64,000 bases of DNA from contig CAVXWP010000009.1 in NCBI GenBank assembly GCA_963765495.1, positions 672,001 through 736,000 of the forward strand, in the 5' to 3' direction. Of the stretch, positions 21,930 through 33,463 are shown piece after piece. Each line of letters starts with the position of its first letter. The stretch's first letter is position 1. The position numbers and the translations under genes are program-made. Under the pieces are notes generated by a model, which saw only the letters and a list, made by a program, of their open reading frames with translations, did no database searches and had not been told where the DNA came from. The DNA comes from Blastocatellia bacterium (GTDB lineage: Bacteria; Acidobacteriota; Blastocatellia; UBA7656).

Positions 21930-22994
21930 TCAGGCGAACAGCCCGTTTATATAGGCTTCGGGCGAAAACTCTACAAGATCATTTATCTTCTCGCCTATGC
22001 CTACGTAGCGGATGGGGATGCCAAGCTCTTTGGCTATCGCAATGACGATTCCGCCCTTTGCGGTTCCGTCGAGTTTGGTCAGGACGAGACCCGTAACAGG
22101 CACAGTGCGGGTAAACTGCCGGGCCTGTTCGAGCCCGTTCTGCCCGGTCACCGCATCGATTATCAAGAGCACTTCATGAGGCGCTCCCTCGACATCTCGA
22201 CCGGCCACGCGGCGCATCTTTTCGAGTTCCTGCATCAGATTGGTCTTGGTGTGCAATCGGCCCGCCGTGTCAACGATCAGGACATCGGCGTTTCGCGCGC
22301 GCGCCGCGCTTATCGAATCAAAGAGCACGGCCGAAGGATCAGTGCCGGGCCTTTGTTGTATGAGCGGAACCTTGGAGCGGTCGGCCCAGATGGCGAGTTG
22401 ATCGTTTGCGGCTGCGCGAAAAGTGTCCGCCGCGCAGATCATCACTTCGTTGCCCTCGCTCTTTATGCGATGCGCGAGTTTGCCTATGGTCGTGGTCTTG
22501 CCGACCCCGTTCACGCCGACGATCATCAGCACATAAGGTTTGATGTCGAGTGGGACTTCGGTTTCAGAGGCCACGGTGCCGCGCTTGCGATTGCGTTCGG
22601 CCGATTCGAGTATTGCTCGCAGTTCGTCTTTGATCAATCGCTTCAGTTCGTCAACATCGTTAAGCTGATTGCGGCGCACCTGTTGCCGCGCCTTTTCAAT
22701 TATTTCGAGCGAAGTCGGCACACCTATGTCTGCGCCTATCAGGGCCTCTTCAAGCTGATCGAGCACATCGTCGTCTATCTTGCGCTTGCCCGAGACGACC
22801 GTCTCGATTTTTTCGGTAAGGGTTTCGCGCGTAGCCGTGACTGCCTGCTTGAACCTGTCATAAAAACCGGCCTCGTCTTCGGCCTGAGCCTCTTCCAGGG
22901 GTTCGCGGGCTATACGCTCCTCTTCGGGTGTGGGTGCGCGGTTCAGACCGAGCGATATGAATTGATCTTCCGTCTTTCGTTTCCAGAATGCCAT
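21930..22994 (-). CDS. ftsY: Signal recognition particle receptor FtsY
   Basis: [32 protein letters not shown]. Confidence 0.97.
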   Translation of the reverse strand: MAFWKRKTEDQFISLGLNRAPTPEEERIAREPLEEAQAEDEAGFYDRFKQAVTATRETLTEKIETVVSGKRKIDDDVLDQLEEALIGADIGVPTSLEIIEKARQQVRRNQLNDVDELKRLIKDELRAILESAERNRKRGTVASETEVPLDIKPYVLMIVGVNGVGKTTTIGKLAHRIKSEGNEVMICAADTFRAAANDQLAIWADRSKVPLIQQRPGTDPSAVLFDSISAARARNADVLIVDTAGRLHTKTNLMQELEKMRRVAGRDVEGAPHEVLLIIDAVTGQNGLEQARQFTRTVPVTGLVLTKLDGTAKGGIVIAIAKELGIPIRYVGIGEKINDLVEFSPEAYINGLFA

Positions 22995-23165
22995 AATGAC
23001 CTTATTATTTGCTCCGATGAAAATATTAAAAGCGCAGCGCCAGAGACGCTACGCGCGGTCGTCAGTAAGAATAGAGATTAGCACCGGGCTCAAAACAGCG
23101 TCAACAAATTCGCCATGCGGGAAAAGACCTGGACAGGATTTGTATCTGTTCAGAAAGAAAAATTT

Positions 23166-23231
23166 GCCACAGAGACACAAAGACACAGAGTTTTTATGAT
23201 ATTTTCTCTGTGCCTGCGGTGCCTCCGTGGC
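23166..23231. repeat. REP-like imperfect palindrome, related to 41909-41977
   Basis: GCCACAGAGACACAAAGACACAGAG...CTCTGTGCCTGCGGTGCCTCCGTGGC. Confidence 0.7.
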
Positions 23232-23388
23232 TATTCTGAATTCTTATCAGGATTTGATCCACAGACCATAATGCCGTTATGATTGTTAATGTCTGGCTGG
23301 CCTGTGGATGGAATGCCAATCCGATAAACAGAGGGCCGCCGTAAGTTTCAAGGGAGCCTCTATCAAAGAAATCTGGCGGGATCACATT

Positions 23389-24810
23389 ATGTCACGATCA
23401 ATATCAACAGCTATTCTCTTGATGCTTCTGGCGTTCTTAATTCCTTCGCCTCGCGCTCGGGCGCAACGCAAGTTTGAAGAGGTGGGAAAGCCTGAGCCTA
23501 CCAGAACGGTGAGACCTCGGAGGCAACCGAGTGGCCCTACGCGCGCGCGCGTTCGGGCAAACGGGGTGTTATTCGTGCTGGGCGACCCGCCTGCCGCCGA
23601 AGTGGTAGTCAAAAACAGCAAGGGAATAGTCACTCGTGGAGAGATAGCAGAAAATGGGGAGTTCAGGGCCGAGCTTCCACCGGGCACCTACAGCGTCGAG
23701 GTATCGGCTGAAAACTTTGCGCCCGAAACGCTGAAGAATCTTCTGGTCAGACCGCCCCAGCCAAAGATCGTGCGCGCAGACCTTCTGCCAAAGACGGGTT
23801 CGATACTTGTGGCTATGGGGTCGGTAGAATCAGACGCAACCATTTTGCTCGACGGCAAACGGCCTGACGACATAGTGAAAAAAGAGAATCTGATCGAGAT
23901 AGACAATATCCCGGCAGGAAGTTACAGCCTGCGAATCACACACCCGACCATCGCCGCCTGGGAGAAAGAAGTCGTAGTTGAAAACGGTGCGCGCACGCCT
24001 GTCTCTCCGAAATTCAAACTGGCTGTCGTCAATCTGACGGTCAAGAGCGAGCCGGGAGCCGAGGTCTATGCCGATGGAGAGTATCAGGGCACGGTGGCTG
24101 AAAACGGCGAGTTGTTGATTTCAAACAAAATCCGCCCGGGCAACCATACGATCAAGGCCGTCAAAGATAAATTCGAGACTGCTACGCGCACAAAAAGCTT
24201 TGCCGCCGGAGATGAAAAGATCGAGATGCAATTGAAGCGCATCGGTTTCTCTTCGGAGTTTTCAGACTCATTTATGGGTGGGGCATCTGCGTGGCTGGCC
24301 CCGTCAACATGGAAAATAAAAGAAGGCAAAATGACGGTCAAAGGCCCGGATGTGGGGCTGGTCCGCGACGTGATTTATGACGATTTCAGGATGGAGTTCG
24401 ATGTGAACTTCATAAACGGCAAGGGCGCTGCCTGGGTAGTGCGCGCCCAGGACAAGAAAAATTATTACCTGTTTCAACTGACCGGCCCAAAGGGGTCGCC
24501 CCCGACTACTTTTAGCAGTTACATCTGCCAGAACGGCCAGCTCAAACGCTTAAAGCCCCCCGATTATGTGGCCGTGAACCTCACCCGGCCCGATGATATG
24601 TATCACATCACGGTCGAGGCGAAAGGCAATACTATAAAGCATTTCATCGAGGTGACGAGCGACCCGAAAGCGACGGGCCCCGAGCCCATGAGCGAGTTTC
24701 GTGACGCGAGCGTCTTCTCATTCGGCACGGTCGGGTTCGCCACAAAAGATGATGAGGAATTCGTCATCAGATTTATAGTGGTCAACCCGCTCGACAAGCC
24801 CGGCAATTGA
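23389..24810 (+). CDS. Secreted PEGA/carboxypeptidase-regulatory-like repeat protein with C-terminal DUF1080-like lectin/jelly-roll domain
   Basis: Signal peptide, KSEPGAEVYADG PEGA motif, YDDFRMEFD..GAAWVVRAQDKKNYY. Confidence 0.75.
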   Translation: MSRSISTAILLMLLAFLIPSPRARAQRKFEEVGKPEPTRTVRPRRQPSGPTRARVRANGVLFVLGDPPAAEVVVKNSKGIVTRGEIAENGEFRAELPPGTYSVEVSAENFAPETLKNLLVRPPQPKIVRADLLPKTGSILVAMGSVESDATILLDGKRPDDIVKKENLIEIDNIPAGSYSLRITHPTIAAWEKEVVVENGARTPVSPKFKLAVVNLTVKSEPGAEVYADGEYQGTVAENGELLISNKIRPGNHTIKAVKDKFETATRTKSFAAGDEKIEMQLKRIGFSSEFSDSFMGGASAWLAPSTWKIKEGKMTVKGPDVGLVRDVIYDDFRMEFDVNFINGKGAAWVVRAQDKKNYYLFQLTGPKGSPPTTFSSYICQNGQLKRLKPPDYVAVNLTRPDDMYHITVEAKGNTIKHFIEVTSDPKATGPEPMSEFRDASVFSFGTVGFATKDDEEFVIRFIVVNPLDKPGN

Positions 24811-24823
24811 TACGCTGCGAAGT

Positions 24824-24852
24824 TTGACACTCATGCCCCCCTGTAGTATTCT
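24824..24852 (+). promoter_or_regulatory. Sigma70-type promoter upstream of the TonB receptor
   Basis: TTGACA-17 nt-TATTCT. Confidence 0.55.
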
Positions 24853-25121
24853 GCAAGTGTTCGAAACAACAGGCTAAATTGCTCCGCTAGTCATGGATTG
24901 AATTGCCGTGAGGGTGCGGTTTGACGGCAAATCTGTTCATCATTCTGGCTTCGAAGGCCTTTCATATATGCCGCGTACTGGTTGAATGGTTTCGCCCCGG
25001 CATCCAGCTAATTTCTCACGAGTGGGATTCTAATGAAATCTGGCTTATTAATCTGATCGCATTCAGCTTGGTTTTCCCCTTCGAATGCCATAAACGCAAT
25101 CAAACACCAGGAGAGGAAATT

Positions 25122-28100
25122 ATGAAGAGAATCAGTCCAAAATTCCTAGCGTTGCTCATAGTCTGCTGTGTGGTTTTAAGTTATACGCCGGTCGCTTCAT
25201 TACAGACAACCACAACCGGGGCTATTCAGGGTCGAGTTCAGGAAGAGACGACCGCGCTGCCCATCCCAGGCGCTACGGTCAGTGTGCTGAATCAAGAGAC
25301 CGGCCTGAAACGCACTACCCTGACCGGGCAGGACGGCACTTACTGGATAGCCACATTGCCTCCCGGCTGGTACACAATCTCTGCGACAAAAACCGGATAC
25401 GTGCAGGGAGCGGAAGGTACTGAAGCCAACTTCGGCATAAAGCTCTCAAAGACCAATACCGTACAGCCTCCCCCGATCTCTCTCAGAAATCTCGGGACCG
25501 CTCCGGTAACTTCCGGCAATCCGCCGCCTGTTACGACACAACCGCCCGTGACCACGCAACCACCCGTCGCTGCGCAGACCCAGACTACTTCGGGGATTCC
25601 GGCGACCGAATCTTCTTACGAGCAACTCGTGAACCTGAGCAACGCGACCCGAGGCGGAAACTTTGATCGCCGCATCGTGATCGCCCTTCCACTTTCCGGC
25701 ATCCGTACATTCGATGAGCTTGCGTTCCTCGTCCCCGGGGTCGCGCCTCCGCCAAAAGCCATCGGCTCAACAGTCGGGCCGGGGATCGGACCGGGCGTCG
25801 GCACTTCGGGGCAGTTCTCAGTAAATGGATTGCGGAGCCGCTCGAACAACTTCACCATCGACGGCTCGGACAACAACGATGAAGACGTGGGCGTGCGCCG
25901 CCAGGGATTCACATCCCTCGTGCCGCAATCGATAGAAAGCGTTCAGGAATTTCAGATCGCTACCCTGCTCCCCGAGCCGCAATTCGGGCGCAACATGGCC
26001 GCGCAGGTCAACGCCGTCTCCCGCTCCGGGGGCGCGGACTTTCACGGAACGCTTTACGGATTTCTTACCGACAAGCGGCTCAAGGCGCGCGATGCATTCG
26101 ACTTCACCGGAGGCCCGTCAAATTTCCCGCTCACTCGCGCATCTGACGGCGCTCCGGTGCTGCTAAACGGCAGCCAGCTTGCGCCCGCCAATCCCGTAAA
26201 CGGAGAAGACCCTTTCACACGCGCTCAATACGGATTCGTTCTGGGCGGACCCATAGTAAAGCAGAAGACAAGCTTCTTTGTCTCTTACGAGCATCAGGAT
26301 ATAAACGCGAGCCGTGAATCGCATTTCGCGGTACCCACGGTGGGCGAGCGAGGTCTGTTCGGCAAGGGCGACACCGGGCTATTTGATCAGGCCGGCACTC
26401 CCGTATCCCCTACATCGGTAAACGGCGACGCGTTTTTCAGTCTCTTCCCGTTTCCGAATAATCCGGGCGGGCCTTACGGACCAAACACCTACACGGAAAA
26501 TTTACCCGCAGGGGCCGACGGCAATATCTTCTCAGCGCGTCTCGATCAGATGGGCTTGAAGGTCTTTGGCGCAGAGAGCACTCTGACGGGCAGATACAAT
26601 TTCACCGACGACGACACGGTTTTGCCGGTAACGGGCGAGGCGCTTTTTTCGACCATGCGCGCTCTTGTCCGCACTCAAAACCTTTCAGTGATACTAAACA
26701 GCAGCGGTTCTCATCTGGCCAATCAGGCGCGGTTCTCATACGGAAGAACGCACCTTGCTTTTGAAGAAGTCCGCGACCCGTTCCTGATTCCATCAAAACT
26801 CTTCCCAAATACGCCGTTTTTGTTGAACGCGCCACTGACGTTGAATTTCACACTGCCGGGCGGGCCGCCGAGGTTTATCGCTCCGGGCGGGCTCGACACA
26901 GAGACGCTCGGCACGGGCATATTCGATCCCTCGAACGGAACTGGCCCGATTGGGCAGGTGAAAATATCGGGCTACAGCCCCATCGGGGTAGACGTATTCA
27001 ACTTCCCGCAGGGGAGGACTTCCAACGCGTTTCAGTTTGCCGACACGCTCTTTTATGACAGGGGCGCGCACAGAATCTCGGCCGGGTTTGACATAAGGCG
27101 GAACCATCTTGACAGTTTCCTCGACAGAAACTTTCGCCCTCTGGCCATCTTCAGCGCCGCGAAAGATATTTCGCCTCAAACGATCAGCCAGGTTTTAGGT
27201 AGCGATGTCGGAGGATTTTTCCTCGGCAGAGACTACGCCGCCGCTGGCACGCCTACGGGCTTCTATCAGACGCAATCGTTTCTTGTCGATAACTCGAAGA
27301 TAAGATTGCGATACTGGCAGAACAACTTCTTTCTCGTAGACCAGATTCGCGTCCGGCCACACTTTACCTTGACCCTTGGCGCGCGTTATGAACTAAACAC
27401 CGTTCCTACGGAAAAGGACCGGCTGATAGAATCGAGCTTCAATCAGGATCAGGTTCAGACCTTTATAAATCTGGAGCGCCAGCGATTTGGCGTTTCGGGT
27501 CTTGAGCAATTTCTGGCCGGGCGCACGAAAATTTATCAGCGAGACAACAACAACATCGCGCCTCACATAGCTTTTGCGTGGGACCCGACCGGCGACGGGA
27601 GGATGAGCATACGCGGAGGCTACGGCATATACTATGATCAGATTCTCGGCGCGGTGGTCAGCCAGTCGCGCAATGTCTTCCCCAATTTCTTCACGCTCAA
27701 CACGGCGGGGATTGTGGGCGGACTGCCCGGAGCGGGTTACACAAACCCGGCTGCCTTCGCCGTGCCCGGGACGCTGAATCAGACGGCCATCAGCAATCCG
27801 GCTCAATTCCTGGCAAACCTCGCGCAGACGACAAACAACGCCGCAGGCCCCGGATTTGTGCTGCCGGTAGCTGATCTCGTGACTCCTTATGCCGAACACT
27901 GGAGCCTTACCCTTGAGCGAGAAATCAAGAAAGACTTTCTGGTTTCGGCTGCCTATGTGGGAACTCGCGGAGTTCATCTGCTCAGGTTTGCGACTCCAAA
28001 TCTGGGTCCGAACGCGATACCGGGAATAAATGCGATAGTCTCGACGCAAGGCTCAAGACTCAAGCCGGTTCCGACGCCCAACGCCGACAGAGACCGGAGA

Positions 28101-28826
28101 AACCAGAACGTCGCGCCGGGGTTCCTGACCGGCGGGCGACCCTTCCCCCTGCTCGGCTCGTTCACTTCGATAGAGTCTGATGCCAACTCGATTTATCACT
28201 CGTTGCAGTTGCAGATGAACAAACGTTTCTCGCACGGGCTGCAATTCACAACCGCCTACACGTGGTCGCACGCGATTGACGAGGTATCGGACGTATTCGA
28301 TCTGGCGGGCGCTGAGGCGCTGCCGCAGGACAGCTTTAATTACAGGGCCGAGCGCGCGAGCGCGAATTTCGATGTGCGGCATCGTTTCGTTTACAGCCTT
28401 GTGTGGGACTTGCCCGTATTCGAAGACAACGCGGTGCTCGGCGGCTGGCAGGTGTCAAGCATAGGGACTTTCCAGACCGGGCAGCCCTACACGGTTCTGT
28501 TTTGCTGTGATGTGAATCTGGATGGAAATCTCACAGATCGACCGGGCATAGCGATACCGGGAACGGACGCGGGCCGCAACGCCTTCCGCGCACCGGGCAT
28601 AGCCACGGTTGATGCAGCAGCATCGAAGGGGTTCAAGTTTGGTGAGAGACAGCGGCTCGATTTCAGGGCCGAGGCTTTTAACCTGTTCAACCGGACGCAT
28701 TTTGGCATACCCGTAAATCAACTCTTCTTTGCAAGGTTCGCGGCAAGACCGCTGTCTGAGAAGATTTTTGTTGATACGACCGTGCCTGCGCGCACGTTGC
28801 AGTTCGCGCTCAAGTACACTTTCTAA
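25122..28826 (+). CDS. TonB-dependent receptor (Oar-like) with N-terminal carboxypeptidase-regulatory-like domain
   Basis: [38 protein letters not shown], terminal LKYTF; start MKRISP after AGGAG. Confidence 0.93.
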   Translation: MKRISPKFLALLIVCCVVLSYTPVASLQTTTTGAIQGRVQEETTALPIPGATVSVLNQETGLKRTTLTGQDGTYWIATLPPGWYTISATKTGYVQGAEGTEANFGIKLSKTNTVQPPPISLRNLGTAPVTSGNPPPVTTQPPVTTQPPVAAQTQTTSGIPATESSYEQLVNLSNATRGGNFDRRIVIALPLSGIRTFDELAFLVPGVAPPPKAIGSTVGPGIGPGVGTSGQFSVNGLRSRSNNFTIDGSDNNDEDVGVRRQGFTSLVPQSIESVQEFQIATLLPEPQFGRNMAAQVNAVSRSGGADFHGTLYGFLTDKRLKARDAFDFTGGPSNFPLTRASDGAPVLLNGSQLAPANPVNGEDPFTRAQYGFVLGGPIVKQKTSFFVSYEHQDINASRESHFAVPTVGERGLFGKGDTGLFDQAGTPVSPTSVNGDAFFSLFPFPNNPGGPYGPNTYTENLPAGADGNIFSARLDQMGLKVFGAESTLTGRYNFTDDDTVLPVTGEALFSTMRALVRTQNLSVILNSSGSHLANQARFSYGRTHLAFEEVRDPFLIPSKLFPNTPFLLNAPLTLNFTLPGGPPRFIAPGGLDTETLGTGIFDPSNGTGPIGQVKISGYSPIGVDVFNFPQGRTSNAFQFADTLFYDRGAHRISAGFDIRRNHLDSFLDRNFRPLAIFSAAKDISPQTISQVLGSDVGGFFLGRDYAAAGTPTGFYQTQSFLVDNSKIRLRYWQNNFFLVDQIRVRPHFTLTLGARYELNTVPTEKDRLIESSFNQDQVQTFINLERQRFGVSGLEQFLAGRTKIYQRDNNNIAPHIAFAWDPTGDGRMSIRGGYGIYYDQILGAVVSQSRNVFPNFFTLNTAGIVGGLPGAGYTNPAAFAVPGTLNQTAISNPAQFLANLAQTTNNAAGPGFVLPVADLVTPYAEHWSLTLEREIKKDFLVSAAYVGTRGVHLLRFATPNLGPNAIPGINAIVSTQGSRLKPVPTPNADRDRRNQNVAPGFLTGGRPFPLLGSFTSIESDANSIYHSLQLQMNKRFSHGLQFTTAYTWSHAIDEVSDVFDLAGAEALPQDSFNYRAERASANFDVRHRFVYSLVWDLPVFEDNAVLGGWQVSSIGTFQTGQPYTVLFCCDVNLDGNLTDRPGIAIPGTDAGRNAFRAPGIATVDAAASKGFKFGERQRLDFRAEAFNLFNRTHFGIPVNQLFFARFAARPLSEKIFVDTTVPARTLQFALKYTF

Positions 28827-28839
28827 AAAGGAAAACAGG

Positions 28840-28890
28840 AATAGGCCGCGTTTATCCGCGGCCTATTTCAATTCGCCTTCCCTTCAAATC
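28840..28890. repeat. Palindromic element (copy 1; copy 2 at 57736-57790), likely bidirectional terminator
   Basis: AATAGGCCGCG-n6-CGCGGCCTATTTCAATTCGCCTT. Confidence 0.75.
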
Positions 28891-28971
28891 AGCTATTAAT
28901 ATCGCTGACGCATATCGCATGCATATCAAAAACTGAATGACCTTTGATCTTCGCCCTTTGCCTTTTGTAAT

Positions 28972-30981
28972 TCACTTCCTGGCAAGAACGACGGGCGCTT
29001 GCTCGGCTGCGCGTATCGCCACAAAGAAATCACGCACTTCCGCGTAATGGTCTACAGTTATTGTCTCGCCGCGCACTATAAGGCTCCGTTTAAAGTGCAG
29101 GTATCCGTCCTTGACCTCATAGCTGGTCGTGTAACTGCCAAAAGGCGCATTGAGTTTCACGGCGTCCGGCATCTCATCAACCTCGAACCCTTCGGGAAGC
29201 TTTATACGCGCGGTCTCGGTATAAGCCTTCGACTCAAGCACTACGGGGTGTTTTCGCGAGCTTTCCGTAAGCGAAAGCGATTCACGACGCGAGACTATGG
29301 CAGGCTTGAATACAAGAAGCCTCTCCTGCATCAGTTGTCCATAGCGAGCGGCAAATTCGACATTCAGCGTGAAGCTCCCTTCGGCGCGATTGTCGGCGGG
29401 GTCCACCTTTGAAAGGCTGGCTCCGTTTGCGCCCCGCGTGATCCATTTCTCGATCATCTTCTGATATTCGGGCCGGGAGAGATGACGGAATGCGCCCCTC
29501 TCGGCTACGGCGGCCTGACCCGTGGACATCTCGCGCACCTTTGCCGTTATAGAGCCGTCGGAGGCAAGCACTACTTCGGTCTGGCGCTCAAGCATATTGG
29601 ATTCGGGCGGCGTGGTCGGCATGCGCAGGAGCGCGCCCTGCTCGCCCGCTATTACGAGCGCGAGGCTGCCCTGTTCGTGATCGGGCAGATCGCCTAAGGG
29701 GGTGTCATCATCCGTAGGATCGAATATCAGCAAACGGCCGAGGGCGGGATGCTCGACTATGGTCGGAGCCTGCGTCTCGTCGCTCACCTTTATGGCTATG
29801 ATTACGTGATTGAACTGCTGCGGCGAAGCCCATTCCTGTCTGACATAGGTAGGATCACCCGCGAAGATCGAAACCAGGTAAGCAGGTATGTTTATGGCCT
29901 TGAGCATCGCGCGCATGAGATTGGCTTTGTCTTTGCAATCGCCGTAGGACTTTGCGAACACATCGGCAGATGAGTGCGGGCGGTATCCGCCGCCGCGCCC
30001 CACGCCTATCTGTATCGAGCAGTAATTGACGCTCTGGGCGAATCGGCCTATGGCCCTTATGCGCTCAAACTCGGTCCTGGCGTTCTCGGTCAATTGCCGC
30101 GCCTTTGCTGTCATCTCGTCATTGACGATCATCTGGGGGTCGCTCAATTCGCTGAGCCACCTCGACACGTCCTTCCAGCTTTGAAAGCTCCGCCCCAGCT
30201 TCGCCTCTTTGCCTTCGGCCGCATAGAAGCTTATGGCCAGCCTCGGCGCGATATTGGTTACGGGAGGCGCGGATGGTTCTTCTTCAATGAAAGGCAGATT
30301 GCCGAGTGACCAGGAATAAGTCGAGCCGGTGACGGTCGGCTCTATTTTCGCGTGATTAAAGGTCACGCTTTCGGCGCGCCACCCTTCCGGCAGAGCAACT
30401 GTTAAGCGCGAGAGGATGACTGGCAGGCGATTTTGAAAGCTCCAGTCGTCCTGCGTGAAGATTGAACGGTCCTCTTCCGTGTACTCATACCCAAAGACAG
30501 CCCCCGGCTCGACATCGTCTCGCGCCGAGATCACCTTTGCGCGCGCCTCGTTGTAGACATCGTTGTCTACTCTGGCCACATCCAGAATATCGTCTTTGCC
30601 ATACTTTTTGATCTCTCCAGAAGGGCGAATCATCCAGGCCCTTATGTCGCGCACCTTGCCGCTGTCGGTCCTGTAAGGCATGAAGGCATGGGCTGCTTCC
30701 CGCCCGTCACGCGTCAATATCCGCACGGCGTAGTAGTTGACCTTTGTAGTGCGTCCATCTTCGCCGATGGTCATCCTCGATTCATCAAGAAGCACGACCG
30801 CCGGAACTTTCTTATCATAAGTGGGCACGCTCGCCAAAGCGGCCTGCCTGAACCACGGGGGGACATCATCACCAGCAAAACCGGAACCAGTAGAACCGGG
30901 ACCAGCAAAACCGAGACCGGCAAAAGCGGGCGCGCTTACGAGCGTAAGCACAAACAAGAGCCCGATAAGTTTATTCAACAT
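28972..30981 (-). CDS. Secreted DUF3857 + transglutaminase-like protein (Cys-His-Asp intact)
   Basis: YGDCKDKA, FNHVI, IFDPT; signal peptide. Confidence 0.88.
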   Translation of the reverse strand: MLNKLIGLLFVLTLVSAPAFAGLGFAGPGSTGSGFAGDDVPPWFRQAALASVPTYDKKVPAVVLLDESRMTIGEDGRTTKVNYYAVRILTRDGREAAHAFMPYRTDSGKVRDIRAWMIRPSGEIKKYGKDDILDVARVDNDVYNEARAKVISARDDVEPGAVFGYEYTEEDRSIFTQDDWSFQNRLPVILSRLTVALPEGWRAESVTFNHAKIEPTVTGSTYSWSLGNLPFIEEEPSAPPVTNIAPRLAISFYAAEGKEAKLGRSFQSWKDVSRWLSELSDPQMIVNDEMTAKARQLTENARTEFERIRAIGRFAQSVNYCSIQIGVGRGGGYRPHSSADVFAKSYGDCKDKANLMRAMLKAINIPAYLVSIFAGDPTYVRQEWASPQQFNHVIIAIKVSDETQAPTIVEHPALGRLLIFDPTDDDTPLGDLPDHEQGSLALVIAGEQGALLRMPTTPPESNMLERQTEVVLASDGSITAKVREMSTGQAAVAERGAFRHLSRPEYQKMIEKWITRGANGASLSKVDPADNRAEGSFTLNVEFAARYGQLMQERLLVFKPAIVSRRESLSLTESSRKHPVVLESKAYTETARIKLPEGFEVDEMPDAVKLNAPFGSYTTSYEVKDGYLHFKRSLIVRGETITVDHYAEVRDFFVAIRAAEQAPVVLARK

Positions 30982-31019
30982 AGCTTTCCTCCTCAAACCT
31001 CGGCCACCGCCGACCCGAC

Positions 31020-32984
31020 TCAGTTTCCATCAAACGCGCCCTGTTTGAACGTGATCGTATGATTGTCATTTTCGTGAATGACATCGAATATCTGCTTCAA
31101 CTGAGGGTAAATATCGGGCTGATACAACATGCCGGAAAAGTCGGCCTTGCGGCTATAAACCATAACGCGCTTATCCTTGGAGAGACCAATAGTCACTTCG
31201 TATTTGCCGAGATTTTCCACATTGAGCGAACCGGGTGCCTCAGGATTGTCCGGTAAAAACCCTTCGGGCAACTCTATTTCCACGCTGTCCTCCTCAGACC
31301 ACGGATGATGAAAATAGATCGGGTACTTGCGCACGCTCGTCTGAAACAACGCCCCCACTCCCTTCTGGAAAAAGGCCGGTTGTATAAACAGCCGTTTGCC
31401 CGTGCGCTGTGCGTATCCGGGCACGCGCACATGATAAGAATAAACAAAAGGCTTGACCGGGTCTGTGATATTCTCGATGTGAATATCGGTCAGCTCTGCC
31501 GTAGACATTCGCTCCTTGACCATATCGAGCAGGGTCTGCTCGCGCTGCTCGGGCGAATCATCGTCGTTATACTCTTTCTTTGCCGCGCCGAGATGGCCCG
31601 TATACTCTATGCGCACATCGCCTTCAAGCGTGCCGTCTGCGTCGAGACGCAATTTGGCGGTCCGTTTTTCGAGAGATTTATCGGCGGGCGAAAGCGGTGT
31701 CTCTATGAATACGGGGTTCTTTGAATCCGTTACCAGCGCCTGCATCCCCTCCTCGGCCCACCTCAACATGCCAAAAGGGACATAGGTGCTTGCCGGGTCG
31801 AAGAATCTCCACTTCTCCCCGACCTTTACCGCTATATTGTACCCTCCCAGAAAATAGCTGTCTGCCATGGTAGGAGTGAAAAAGAGATCGCTGCGGTCAC
31901 CAATCAATGCCATGCGCGAATCGAACCCGGCGGCAGAGGCAAGCGCGGCAAACAACATGTCTATGTCACTCCCGGTTCCCATCCCTCGCTTGATAGTATC
32001 GGAGGGGTTTTTATTCTCTTTTAGCTTGCTGCGATCATCATCGGTGAGGCCAGAGGCATCATCATCCGTGTTTTTGATCTTGAGACGACAGTAATCATAT
32101 AGTCTTTCGAGTTTCTGATCGGGGGTCGTCGCATCGCCTATGATCTCTGCGGCGGCCTTCCGCACCTCGTCATTTACCTTCATGCTGTCCTTTGCCTTGG
32201 AGTACATCTCTTTGCCCAGACTGTTCCAGTACTTGTCAGGCTCGTTGTGACTATCCTCCGTGTAAAAGATCAGTATCCAGGATCGAACCTGATCTTCGGG
32301 CGGCATGCGAGGCTCTTCGTGAAAGGCCGGGACATTGGTCATCGTCGCGCTGTAATATCCGCCCTTGTCCTTCTCAAGGCCCGCGTTCCGCCCGTTGAAT
32401 GTCAGAGAGCGCATACCGTATGTGTAGCTCTGAAGCGGCTTGATGTAGTATTTGACCATCTGCACGGGAATCTCTCTTTGCAGATAGAAACGCATGTATA
32501 TTCCCGTGCGCCGCACCTCGCGCCAGCGATATTCGATAATGCAGCCCGGCTCGACAGATGGCATCACAAACGATTTGACCTTGATCTTAACATCGCCCGC
32601 CTTGACGATAGTGCGCTCAAAGATGGCATCCTTCTTAAGCTCGACTATGCTGCCGTCCGGCTTTATCGTGCGACCCGAGATGTCTTTTACCCTGCCCCGA
32701 GCAAAAGGAATCTCTACCGTGCTTTGAGACTCTTTGCCGCGCTCGGTAAAGACTTTGATGCGTATGTAATGAGACAACACCGTCTCATAGTTTTCGTCAT
32801 TGACCCGCACCTCCCAGAATATGGCTTCGGCGTCGGCATCTTTTTCGACGACCGGCGTTTTCAATGAGAGCGTGGCCGCATCAATCGGCAACCAGTCATC
32901 CCCGGCAGCAAGGGCCGGAGAGACCGTAAACGCAGAACCTGCGCATAGCATTAACAAGATCGCAATAAAGCGATAGATATTCAT
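31020..32984 (-). CDS. Secreted DUF3857 + transglutaminase-like protein (catalytic Cys/His absent)
   Basis: Paralogous architecture; GMGTGSDID at the Cys site, GGYNIAV at the His site, FFDPAS. Confidence 0.85.
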   Translation of the reverse strand: MNIYRFIAILLMLCAGSAFTVSPALAAGDDWLPIDAATLSLKTPVVEKDADAEAIFWEVRVNDENYETVLSHYIRIKVFTERGKESQSTVEIPFARGRVKDISGRTIKPDGSIVELKKDAIFERTIVKAGDVKIKVKSFVMPSVEPGCIIEYRWREVRRTGIYMRFYLQREIPVQMVKYYIKPLQSYTYGMRSLTFNGRNAGLEKDKGGYYSATMTNVPAFHEEPRMPPEDQVRSWILIFYTEDSHNEPDKYWNSLGKEMYSKAKDSMKVNDEVRKAAAEIIGDATTPDQKLERLYDYCRLKIKNTDDDASGLTDDDRSKLKENKNPSDTIKRGMGTGSDIDMLFAALASAAGFDSRMALIGDRSDLFFTPTMADSYFLGGYNIAVKVGEKWRFFDPASTYVPFGMLRWAEEGMQALVTDSKNPVFIETPLSPADKSLEKRTAKLRLDADGTLEGDVRIEYTGHLGAAKKEYNDDDSPEQREQTLLDMVKERMSTAELTDIHIENITDPVKPFVYSYHVRVPGYAQRTGKRLFIQPAFFQKGVGALFQTSVRKYPIYFHHPWSEEDSVEIELPEGFLPDNPEAPGSLNVENLGKYEVTIGLSKDKRVMVYSRKADFSGMLYQPDIYPQLKQIFDVIHENDNHTITFKQGAFDGN

Positions 32985-33384
32985 GGCAATCACCTTTCTC
33001 CAAACGATTGCGCCAGACAGATAGCCCGGCTTGAAATTTTATTAGATCAAAATACCCACATCTGAGGGATAGGAGCAGTAATCTTACCGGTGTAGTGCTG
33101 GAATGTAAACGATTATTTTCGACTGTAAGGCAAACAGCCAGGCAATAATCAGGGCCATTCCATTCTCAGAAAAAGATTTATTATTTCAGCCCTTGGATAA
33201 TCTGTATGAAAGAAAATTGTTTCCAATTCAGGAGGCAGACTTTGATTCCCAGACCTTTTCAAGCAGTAATTATTACACAACGTCAAGGTTCGCTAAGTTT
33301 CTTTTACAGCCACTTTAATATTTCCGATGTCGCGAGTATTTGAAGTAGGGGTGATAAGCCACGGACGGGCGCAAATCATTGTGA

Positions 33385-33435
33385 ACACGGCAAAGAGCAC
33401 AGATAAAGGGGTTTCATCTGTGCTCTTTGCCGTGT
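33385..33435. repeat. Perfect 20-bp-stem hairpin (REP-like/terminator) downstream of the M16 pair
   Basis: ACACGGCAAAGAGCACAGAT-n11-ATCTGTGCTCTTTGCCGTGT. Confidence 0.75.
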
Positions 33436-33463
33436 CAGGAATTATCCCCGGGTTGGTTACGAT

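Noticed and set aside
21870-23081. 403-aa plus-strand ORF
   Set aside because: Antisense shadow of ftsY with no recognisable motifs
32994-33384. AT-rich intergenic region as ncRNA or foreign insert
   Set aside because: No ORF, tRNA or structured motif seen; consistent with promoter DNA
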